Under the pieces are notes generated by a model that had not been told where the DNA came from, did not search any database, and saw only the letters and a program-made list of their open reading frames with translations. Below, in pieces: positions 36,425 through 43,065 of a DNA stretch of 43,065 nucleotides. Where the stretch lies: NCBI GenBank assembly GCA_000934665.2, contig KZ539025.1:1-43065 (forward strand), in the 5' to 3' direction. The DNA comes from Catajapyx aquilonaris (taxonomy: Eukaryota). Position numbers and translations under genes: made by a program. Positions within the stretch are counted from its first letter, which is position 1. Every line of letters starts with the position of its first letter.

Positions 36425-38217
36425 CGTTTCAGGGTGGGTGAGGGGGGCCTCACCCACCCTGAACCCCAACGTCACTCATAAGTCATGCTTGGCCCACCCC
36501 GCTAAACAAGTCTGCGTAGACCCCCTCCCTCCACAACTTTCATTTTGTCTCCCCACAACAATTGACTTGTCATTGAGCTGATAATAAATTACTGGTTATC
36601 TTTTTTTTTTTTTTTGAGGAATACTGAGAATGACATCACTGTTGACTGTTCAGTGGGGCTTAACGTCGGCCTATTTCTGCCGCTAAGGCTCAACACCGAC
36701 GCCAGAGGGTGGTCCTCCTCCTGGAAATTTGGCCACTCCGGGAATCTTTAACGTGCACTTGTGCAATGTCACAAGCCCACGGGACCGACGGCTTTACTTC
36801 ACCTCCGAAGGAAGGTGCACTCTCACTATATCCGGAGTCAACTGTATATTACATTGCAATTTTCCAGATATTCATTCCAGATAAACCTCTCCATACTTTG
36901 CTGAAGTCTTTGCATCAGTGTATAAATAGCTACTTAGAAATAACAATTAGCAACATGTCCAATTACTCATAAAAATACTTGCTTCTTCTTATGTAGTACT
37001 TCGCTTGCTACCTACATATCATTAAAATTAAACTATTACTTATATTCTGTTATTCTACAGTACTTCCACAGAGGGATGTGTACCTCTAAATCAATCATCT
37101 CTCGGGGTTGTGGTGCCTCTGGATTTTCTCCTGTGTCCAACATTGGGATTCCATCTCTCCTGATCTCCCGCTCCAAGTAACGCAACTTGCGTTCCATTTC
37201 ATCGCACCGCCGAACTTCATTCACAAACTTTCGTTGAAATGCATTCACATCAGGGTTCAGCTGTAATGGCGAACGTTCAATAAGCACCATTTGAACAACT
37301 CTTTACCTTTAATAATTCCATCATTTTCGGTTAACACTGAAGGACAATAAGAAAGAAATATTGCACGGCAGAATTCTCACTAAACAGGACCATTTCTGCA
37401 ATAATATCGGTTCTCAAGTAATCTCCATACATAATAGCAGACAATTCCACACACAGGTCATAAATTTTGTATCAATCAATGTTAGTATTTCCTGTGACCA
37501 TTGTCACGTCTTTAATTTTTTCATCTGCATGTTTTATTATGAAGGAGACTGCACTGCAGGTCTTGAAATGAGCCTGAGGCAAGGTTCCACAAGAAATACC
37601 ATTTAGAAATGAAACAACTGGTAGAACTTAGCCCATAATTCCTGACTGCTATCCAGAAGTCAGCCATTTATCTTCTGACTACTCGTGATTTTCCAACATA
37701 TTACTAAACAAGTTCTCGGTCTGTATTGACATTCTACATGTTTTTCACCATGGTATAATTACCACAACCGTGACTCATTGGGGGCCGACTGCATTCTCTT
37801 CCTAGTAGGCTAAAACATGCAGATATTCAGCAAAAGGCAATTCCGACTTATGCAGAAATACTCAAATATTTAGCCCTCCCCCCCCCTCCCCCAACCAAGT
37901 ATTTTCTACAATCTTACGACAAACGTATGGGAATGATGTCACATTCACAAATGAGCCACATAATAGATCATTTGAGTGTAACTTCAGGGGTGGCCCATGT
38001 GCAAAGTGTTGCAATCAATTTATTTTCTAAGTCACCATGACAGCTGGAACTCCAATCTCTGTTATCGGAACAAATTGATTATCATCATGAAGTAACTTAC
38101 ATCCCGAAATTCAACGAGCCCCAGTTCTCCCAGCTCCGAAACACAGGCATATGCAGCTTCACTTTGCAGAAAGAGCTGGCATAATGACATCTCCTCACTT
38201 CGGAATAAGGAACCCAT
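15159..38217 (-). CDS. ATP6V0A1: V-type proton ATPase V0 subunit a (116 kDa subunit; Vha100-1/ATP6V0A1-like), 16 coding exons with a mutually exclusive exon 4
   Basis: Spliced ORF from [23 protein letters not shown] to [17 protein letters not shown]. It includes [47 protein letters not shown] (essential Arg) and [15 protein letters not shown]. All introns are GT-AG and phase-consistent. Length is 2523, 2496 or 2511 nt depending on the exon 4 form. Confidence 0.97.
15329..15500 (-). CDS. ATP6V0A1: V-ATPase a exon 15
   Basis: [10 protein letters not shown]...[15 protein letters not shown]. Confidence 0.95.
15561..15771 (-). CDS. ATP6V0A1: V-ATPase a exon 14
   Basis: LLNGHP...[35 protein letters not shown]. 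Confidence 0.93.
16271..16318. mobile_element. 48-bp perfect palindrome mini-element, copy 1
   Basis: CCTCCTGAGACCTGATGTCCAATA|TATTGGACATCAGGTCTCAGGAGG with flanks ATAA and ATAT; identical to 40059-40106. Confidence 0.85.
16476..17132 (-). mobile_element. Full-length tRNA-derived SINE with (TAA)n tail
   Basis: Head has A-box TGGTGGAGTGG, stem-loop CCGA-CTGCTAA-TCGG and B-box GGTTCGAGTCC. TAA-rich tail at 16476-16682. 14-bp TSD ATTGGTGATATTAT at 16462-16475 and 17133-17146. Confidence 0.9.
17429..17536 (-). CDS. ATP6V0A1: V-ATPase a exon 13
   Basis: [27 protein letters not shown]. Confidence 0.93.
17595..17713 (-). CDS. ATP6V0A1: V-ATPase a exon 12
   Basis: [22 protein letters not shown]...MYNGQ. 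Confidence 0.93.
17775..17899 (-). CDS. ATP6V0A1: V-ATPase a exon 11
   Basis: [34 protein letters not shown]. Confidence 0.95.
18085..18176. mobile_element. 92-bp TA-flanked hairpin MITE in intron 10
   Basis: CAGTGGTGAAAATTAATGGAGAAGCACAAGTA / TACTTGTGCTTCTCCATTAATTTACACCACTG. Confidence 0.85.
18263..18372 (-). CDS. ATP6V0A1: V-ATPase a exon 10
   Basis: [36 protein letters not shown]. Confidence 0.95.
18437..18670 (-). CDS. ATP6V0A1: V-ATPase a exon 9
   Basis: [28 protein letters not shown]...[11 protein letters not shown]. Confidence 0.95.
18733..19023 (-). CDS. ATP6V0A1: V-ATPase a exon 8
   Basis: [14 protein letters not shown]...[13 protein letters not shown]...KSTNE. Confidence 0.95.
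19094..19306 (-). CDS. ATP6V0A1: V-ATPase a exon 7
   Basis: [13 protein letters not shown]...[24 protein letters not shown]...ALRRGT. Confidence 0.95.
19370..19546 (-). CDS. ATP6V0A1: V-ATPase a exon 6
   Basis: [37 protein letters not shown]...DLTT. Confidence 0.95.
19603..19729 (-). CDS. ATP6V0A1: V-ATPase a exon 5
   Basis: [38 protein letters not shown]. Confidence 0.95.
20459..20930 (+). mobile_element. hAT deletion derivative with a transposase dimerisation-domain remnant
   Basis: TIR CAGGGCTGGTGAAA / TTTCACCAGCACTG; perfect 8-bp TSD CAGCCAAG; encodes [17 protein letters not shown]. Confidence 0.88.
21175..21656. mobile_element. hAT MITE spanning an assembly gap
   Basis: TIR CAGGGGTATTCAACT / AGTTGAATAGCCCTG; perfect 8-bp TSD GTTTACAG. 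Confidence 0.85.
21262..21445. other. Assembly gap (N run) between poly-C and poly-G tracts
   Basis: 184 N seen directly. Confidence 0.99.
22052..22286. mobile_element. Degenerate hairpin MITE
   Basis: CAAGGGAGACC..CACCTCAGCTGGCCATCTCTGC versus GCAGAGATGGTCAGCTGAGGTG..GGTCTCCCTTG. Confidence 0.7.
22885..23327. mobile_element. Tc1/mariner-type MITE with inverted arms of about 115 bp
   Basis: TAGACTAATAGTACTCGCAAAACTAATATAGGGATGTGCAA versus TTGCACATCCCTATGTTAGTTTTCCGAGTACTATCAGTCTA; TA flanks. Confidence 0.78.
23931..24755. mobile_element. MITE family X, copy 1 (internal tandem duplication of about 85 bp and a nested insertion)
   Basis: Starts TA-CAGGGTGTTTC; both arms carry GGTCCCTCGACATTTCTCCC..CTACATTTT..ACTTG in inverted orientation. 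Confidence 0.8.
24203..24453. mobile_element. Nested TIR element with 4-bp TSD
   Basis: TIR CTGACGTCCCAAGCAAAAACC / GGTTTTTGCCTGGGGCGTCAG; AGAT duplicated on both sides. Confidence 0.75.
25264..25358 (-). CDS. ATP6V0A1: V-ATPase a alternative exon 4b (95 nt)
   Basis: ccaaccag|[32 protein letters not shown](G)|gtatgt, phase 0 in and phase 2 out. Not present in the ORF track. Confidence 0.85.
26123..26461. mobile_element. pogo/Tigger-like MITE
   Basis: TA-CAGGAAGTCCC ... GGGACTTCCTG-TA; a related end fragment lies at about 12062-12120. Confidence 0.75.
26778..27140. mobile_element. MITE family X, copy 2
   Basis: Same inverted core motifs; ends AAACACCCTG-TA. Confidence 0.78.
27373..27662. 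mobile_element. Harbinger-like GC-rich MITE
   Basis: TTTCACAAGAGGCCACCATGGCAGCG / CGCTGCCATGGTGGCCTCGTGTGAAA. Confidence 0.7.
28203..28227 (-). promoter_or_regulatory. Candidate intronic splicing enhancer cluster (STAR/How and Rbfox motifs)
   Basis: The minus strand reads TACTAAC-TGCATG-TAGCATGCTAAC about 235-260 nt downstream of the exon 4a donor. Confidence 0.5.
28460..28566 (-). CDS. ATP6V0A1: V-ATPase a alternative exon 4a (long form 107 nt; short form 28460-28539 through an internal CAG acceptor)
   Basis: ttgccag|[36 protein letters not shown](G)|gtacgt, phase 0 in and phase 2 out. Confidence 0.9.
29751..30266. mobile_element. MITE family X, copy 3
   Basis: TA-CAGGGTGTCTC ... GAAACACCCTG; same inverted core motifs. 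Confidence 0.8.
30408..30951 (-). mobile_element. Mariner deletion derivative
   Basis: TIR CGAGGTAGGCGCCAGAAGTTTCTG / CAGAAACTTTTGGCGCCTACCTCA with TA flanks; degraded transposase C-terminus ([15 protein letters not shown]) on the - strand. Confidence 0.8.
30995..31418. mobile_element. Tc1/mariner-type MITE
   Basis: Outer TIR CAGGGTGTATCTGAACTCAGTGCCCC, TA flanks, inverted arms of about 120 bp. Confidence 0.85.
31724..31897. mobile_element. Tigger-like MITE
   Basis: TTGAATCCGGATATAACAG / CTGTTATATCCGGATTCAA with internal CTGTTATA repeats. Confidence 0.75.
32376..33128. mobile_element. Foldback made of two inverted mariner 3' ends
   Basis: Arms about 32376-32687 and 32822-33128; each encodes [25 protein letters not shown] (mariner SPDLAPSDYHLF region); TA flanks. 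Confidence 0.88.
33317..33445 (-). CDS. ATP6V0A1: V-ATPase a exon 3
   Basis: [43 protein letters not shown]|gtaagt. Confidence 0.95.
33641..35441. mobile_element. 1.8-kb long-TIR non-autonomous element (TAG termini, Academ-like)
   Basis: Arms about 33641-34402 and 34700-35441 are highly similar inverted copies and give the twin ORFs 33753(+) and 35133(-). Termini TAGCCCA / TGGGCTA; flanks AAAA / GAAA. Confidence 0.85.
36369..36422. repeat. (TC)n microsatellite
   Basis: Seen directly. Confidence 0.95.
36640..36825 (-). mobile_element. Headless Deu/Nin-domain SINE fragment
   Basis: The minus strand reads CCTTCGGAGGTGAAGTAAAGCCGTCGGTCCC...GCACGTTAAAGATTCCC, resembling the Deu/Nin core as recalled. 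Confidence 0.65.
37084..37260 (-). CDS. ATP6V0A1: V-ATPase a exon 2
   Basis: [28 protein letters not shown]...[10 protein letters not shown]. Confidence 0.95.
38101..38217 (-). CDS. ATP6V0A1: V-ATPase a coding exon 1
   Basis: [10 protein letters not shown]...GLVEFRD|gtaagt, 39 codons. Confidence 0.95.
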
Positions 38218-38322
38218 GACTGCCCGGCTTCCTCTCTCATCAACTCGGAAACCAGAAGACGAAAAGTTGCAGAAAACTTAGCAGAGAGATATACAGACGA
38301 CCATCAGCAGGATCAGGCGGTT

Positions 38323-38402
38323 GTCATGTGATTTTCCCCAGTGCGCATCCTGGTGCGCATCACATGATGGCGGATAGAGGGTGTTGGAGTCAGTCATGTG
38401 AC
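38323..38402 (-). promoter_or_regulatory. V-ATPase promoter with three M-box/CLEAR-type E-boxes and two GTGCGCAT motifs
   Basis: TCATGTGA at 38324-38331 and 38394-38401, TCACATGA at 38360-38367, GTGCGCAT at 38341 and 38353. All lie about 105-185 nt upstream of the ATG. Confidence 0.75.
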
Positions 38403-39262
38403 TTTTCCCTGGGTAAATAAATATCTGCCGTCTTTCAAAGTATGGTATTAGTCGTATTAGTCATGCAGTCCTATACATGCACAACTGCAGGAGATAAGAC
38501 AAGGTTAGTCATAAATCGGCCTCAGGCAGCTTCCTGCAAACTTGTGGTGACTTCTGGTGGCGGACTGCTGAAGCGCCAACCGCCAATTCAAACTTTCAGT
38601 TCAACTACAGTGCCGCGCCAACCGCCTATAGCACCAATACATCTGTGCACACAATATATTCTTTGCCCTGAAGAATATCACAGCTGTGATCAGTGAATTG
38701 CACCTGCTGCAGATAAACATGACATCACAGAAACAATATTTAGCATGTCCCTGTATTTGAAGAAGGTGCCTCTGGGTTTAAAATGATTGAGCTTGACAGG
38801 TGACACCTGATAATTATAGAAGACCAAACCTCAAAGCACAGCCCTGAGACACAACAATATCTTCAACCTAACATGAAACTAAATCTGAGCATTTCAATTT
38901 CAAAAATTAGCATATGTTCTCAATAAAATGTACATAATTCACATGATAGGGATCACAGAACTTTACAGAAATTATCCCCATGTACAAAAAAGGCATTCAG
39001 AGTGACTAGAATAATTACAACCCAATAAATACCGTTACTAATTAAGGTAATAAACAATCTAATTCAGCTTTCACCCAACTTGAATCCTCTGTCTTCCATT
39101 TTGTTTGCTCAGAGATGCAATTAATGCTGTCTGTGCAGGATGAACTCCCAGTCATCAATATCAGGATCACATACTGACGCTTAAGACAACTGCAGATATG
39201 GGAGTAGAACGATTTGGCACCTTCTTCACAGAAAAGCTGTTGCGTGGGACAGGTGTCTCAGG

Positions 39263-39672
39263 CAGTGGCGGACTGGCCATATGGGCATTGAGGCAATGCC
39301 CGGTGGGCCGGGCTGGAGAAAAAGAAGAAAAAACTCCCACCCACCTAAAAATTTGAAAGAAATTTGGCTCATGTGGCATGAAATGTTTGAAATTACTAAT
39401 TCATGATTGTTTGGAAAAAGTGCTACCAATTTCATGAAATACACACCCATTCAAATCTACATTCACCTAAGCTCGTGTGACCTTGAACCCCCCAAAAAAT
39501 TTGCGCCTGCGGCGGGCTCGCTCCCCGTCCTTTACGGCTTCTTCACAGTGCTTATGGAATCCTCCCCACGAATTTTTTTTCTGCCTACTACCCTGATTGA
39601 ACTATTGATAAACAATGGGCCGGTCTGATAGGTGACATGCCTGGGCCGGTTTTAAGACCCAGTCCGCTCCTG
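39263..39672. mobile_element. hAT MITE
   Basis: TIR CAGTGGCGGACTGG / CCAGTCCGCTCCTG; perfect 8-bp TSD GTCTCAGG. Confidence 0.88.
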
Positions 39673-39714
39673 GTCTCAGGGTCACGTAAATCTCCCTTGT
39701 CATTTATGTGCATT

Positions 39715-39806
39715 TATGTCATCAATGGTTGGTCCCTCGACATTTCTCCCCCCTACACTTTCAACTTGTTTTGGGTCAAGGAATATGCCAACTGCCAGTT
39801 GACCTG
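39715..39806. mobile_element. MITE family X single-arm fragment
   Basis: GGTTGGTCCCTCGACATTTCTCCCCCCTACAC...ACCTG-TA. Confidence 0.7.
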
Positions 39807-39898
39807 TATACAGTATTGTTGAGCCTGTAATGAGAGATCGCTTTTCATGTGGTGCAAACTGCCACAGCCTTATCATGTAGCCCAGATACAAATTTTGA

Positions 39899-40226
39899 CC
39901 CTGGAACTGTGACATGGGGTCTTTTAGGACCCCAAAGGAATTAAAATTATTTAAAATGATAATTACAATGAACTTTTGCCATTAAAAAAAGTATATAACA
40001 GGAAGTTTACTTTGAATTAGCAATCATTTTAGGCATTGTTCAAAGCATGAATGCATATCCTCCTGAGACCTGATGTCCAATATATTGGACATCAGGTCTC
40101 AGGAGGATATAGTCAATACATTGAATAGTATTATATAAAAATTAATAAAAATAAAAATGTGGATGTGGTCCTATAAGACCCCACGTCACGGTTGCCGTAA
40201 CTTTCAGGCACGTCACGGTTCCAGGA
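39899..40226. mobile_element. piggyBac-like MITE hosting the 48-bp palindrome
   Basis: TTGA-CCCTGGAACTGTGACATG ... CACGTCACGGTTCCAGGA-TTAA, with subterminal GGGGTCTT.TAGGACC inverted repeats. Confidence 0.72.
40059..40106. mobile_element. 48-bp perfect palindrome mini-element, copy 2
   Basis: Identical to 16271-16318; flanked by ATAT on both sides. Confidence 0.85.
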
Positions 40227-41863
40227 TTAATGTACTTTTGTGTTACAAGTCAATAACAAGATATCACTGTTTTTTGAGGACCCTTCCCCCTTAAAAATAT
40301 AAATGAGCAAAAGAGGTCCATCCAATAGGTTAATTATAATTATAAATATGACAGTCACCCCTTTCAACAATTGGGAATGAAAAATAATATTTTACTACTT
40401 TGTGAATAAAAATGGTTTATTGTTGATTGGACTTATGACCAGGGCTCTACATACAGATCCTTCTTGCCCTCTGCAGTGTAAGGTGATTTTTTGTGGCTAA
40501 TGAACTGAAAAATAAATTGATCACAGAATGTAGCCTCAACCTTTATTTGCATGTACAAAGGATGTGACTCCACCCACCAAAAGCTGACATAATTCATTAC
40601 TGAAGCAAGGTTTAGTGTCTGCCTAAAAGTACGCAATGGCACCCTGTACAATACAATACATTAAAAGGCCTCATTTGTAGCAGAACTCCGAACTTGTTTT
40701 TTTTTAAAATAAATCCCAATGGCTATTGGAATCATTTGTCATCCTACAAAAGCAAGCCATAACTTCAATGTGGATAAGGTCAAGTGTTACTCATATGGCT
40801 GTCTAATACATTGAATGAGCAACACTAATATTTATCCTACTTTGCAGTTTCAGCTTCCTTTTGTAGGATGACTGATATAACTGGTTGTCATACAAGTTCT
40901 TTCTGGTACAACCACATTGACCTGAACCCTTCTTCATGGAAACTATACATGCTTTTCTTCTTGCAAAATGACTTGGCCTGCAGAAGCCAAGTGACCCCAA
41001 CAAAAATGGGCACTACCTGAATATTTTGAGGTAGTCCCCAGAGAAAATGGGGAAACCTGGAAACTTAACTTGTTTGTCATTTTTAATGTGTCTGGTAATG
41101 AAGGGAAGGTGTGAAGGGCCACAATGCCACAGCTTCAAACACACTCACCAAAAAAGTTGAAAAAGTACCAGTTGCCACCAAATACTGTCCATTATGTGCA
41201 CATGTGTTGCATCAAATTCTGGGAATCGTTCTTACCAATTTTAAGGTCACATCACAATAAGGTAGAAAGCAAAACTAAACAATAAGATATAAAAGAGCTT
41301 CAGGGTTCAACATTGAGAAAAATAAACTTCCAGGATTTCAAAAAAAAAAAAAAAAAAAAAATGGGGGGCATAAAAAGTATCCACAAAAGAGCAGGGAAAA
41401 ACAGGTTAAATATTTACCATATAATCTTTGGAGATGAATCAAAGCTGCTATTGTAGTGCAGTAATAACCCTCCTGGAAAAAAATATTGCACACATTATGA
41501 TTTCTGGGTTTCATTTTGTTGTAAAAAAAAATTCAATGAAGCCATATTCAAGCAAATCAATCCATTACACAGAGATGTGGCTGTCAATCTACAACATACG
41601 AGTAAGACTGTACGACGAGTTAGTAGCATCTTAGGGCTGGTTGCATCAGGTTGGATACATAGAGAATCTCAGATTCTTCATGTTTCCAACACCTATTTGA
41701 TGGAAAGAAGTGTTGTTGCCTGTTTGTGAGGCTGTCAAATAGAGATTTTGGCAGGCAAGAATCTGAGATGCTTAATACATCTGACCTGGTGCAACTGGCC
41801 CTCAGAAAGTTTTGTACCAGTTGTAGCAGTCTGGATACTCAAGAGTAAATAGCAGGTCCATAA

Positions 41864-42634
41864 GGCCGGGTGCAAATCATGCAATTTCGGTGCGACATCG
41901 CCCCGATTTGTTGCATCGAGACAGGATGCACGCGCAGCTTTTGGACAACGATGCGTCACATTGCACACTCGATGCAACTCATGCAATTTTGATGCGATCT
42001 CAGGCGCGGAATTGCAGTACAGTACTCCATAATTTTAGGGAAGTAATAATGCTCACAGTTCTTGAATGAGGTCATTCTTGGTAACTGTTTGTGTACAGTT
42101 CTAGTCATATATCGAGGCAACCGCCAACTACATTTTCCGAAGCGGCAGAAGAAGGAATCGAAGATAAGCATACTTCAAGCATGGGCGATCAAGATTCCTT
42201 CTTCTGCCGCTTCGGAAAACGTCGCTGGCAGTTGCCTCGATATATGAGCAGAACTGTACTATCCACGCTCCATGGGCCACTGGTACTGGTATGACATCAC
42301 CAGTACGTCACATACTTTGGTACAGTATAGCCGTGTATTTACTCATTGCCAGCATGTCACAACATTAGCATGGGGCCCCCTACAATCGTGGGGGCCCCGA
42401 GCAACTGCCCAGTGTGCTCATGAGTTAAGACGGCCCTCCTTACAACACTCTGTATAGAAGATTCACCGAGATTCACGCTGCCATGTTGGAAATTGCATGC
42501 GATGAGAGAGTTTTCAAGCAGTGCTGGAAACCTGCAACACCCCTGCGACTTCACAGGTCAAGCAGCGCGCACACCCTGTTCATGCAACCAGTCGCTGCAA
42601 CATCACACACACATTGCATGATTTGCGCCCGGCC
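41864..42634. mobile_element. PIF/Harbinger MITE with nested insertions
   Basis: TIR GGCCGGGTGCAAATCATGCAAT / ATTGCATGATTTGCGCCCGGCC; TAA TSD. Confidence 0.85.
42096..42256. mobile_element. TA-flanked hairpin MITE nested in the Harbinger element
   Basis: CAGTTCT..ATATATCGAGGCAAC..CCGAAGCGGCAGAAGAAGGAATC, inverted arms of about 63 bp. Confidence 0.82.
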
Positions 42635-43065
42635 TAAGACCCCAATGTACTTCTGAGATGTTGCAGCATGCTGCTAACAAGGAAAACCCATGAACTAGGT
42701 TCTCACAGATTTACATGAAACTGGCACAATAGGTTGAGAATTCACAAGTAGGAGCAATTCACTGTGGCCAGCTGTTTTCAAATTATAAGCAAAAATATAT
42801 CAGTGATTCTTATGTTCACACATAAGAGTGATAAGACAGGTAAAGGTAGAAGGTGCGACATAAGTTGGCTGGAACATGGCACTCCAGGGAAGGTTCAAAT
42901 CAGCTTGAGAGCAAATTATTTTTCACTTAGTTTTTGCTTTTTCCACCCATCCTGCATTACATTTACCATACGAGGGGAGATCAAAATGTTTTGGGCCTGA
43001 GGTAGAAGGAATCAACGCACTGGGATGTACTGCCACCCAGACAAGGTGTCACTCACCATGATGAC

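Noticed and set aside
39120..39240. Terminal exon encoding DPDIDDWEFI (LIR-like)
   Set aside because: The acceptor is weak, there is a stop just upstream in frame, and no connectable exon was found.
42970..43065. Minus-strand splice donor at the window end
   Set aside because: It lies within a probable mariner-type terminus (TACGAGGGG..) truncated by the window.
1..43065. CRISPR array, operon or prokaryotic defence system
   Set aside because: There are no regularly spaced direct repeats, and the genes are intron-containing eukaryotic genes.

Overview
Eukaryotic genomic DNA, most likely from an arthropod (probably hexapod), with about 60-nt GT-AG introns, TAA-tailed tRNA-derived SINEs and many MITEs. 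Two complete spliced genes can be rebuilt by hand with consistent reading phase. (1) THUMPD1 on the + strand: 5 coding exons, 9786-11476, 302 aa. (2) A V-ATPase V0 subunit a gene (Vha100-1/ATP6V0A1-like) on the - strand: 38217-15159, 16 coding exons, about 831-840 aa, tail-to-tail with THUMPD1. The V-ATPase gene has two mutually exclusive versions of exon 4 (28460-28566 and 25264-25358), a tandem alternative acceptor in 4a, a possible decayed or poison third exon, an Rbfox/STAR motif cluster, and a promoter with three M-box/CLEAR motifs. Introns and intergenic DNA are packed with non-autonomous DNA transposons (Tc1/mariner, hAT, Harbinger, piggyBac-like, Academ-like), many with intact target-site duplications (TSDs), including nested insertions and long foldbacks. 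One self-complementary MITE family has one copy in each intron around the mutually exclusive exons. There is no evidence of prokaryotic systems or CRISPR. All homology calls come from motif recognition and memory, not database searches.
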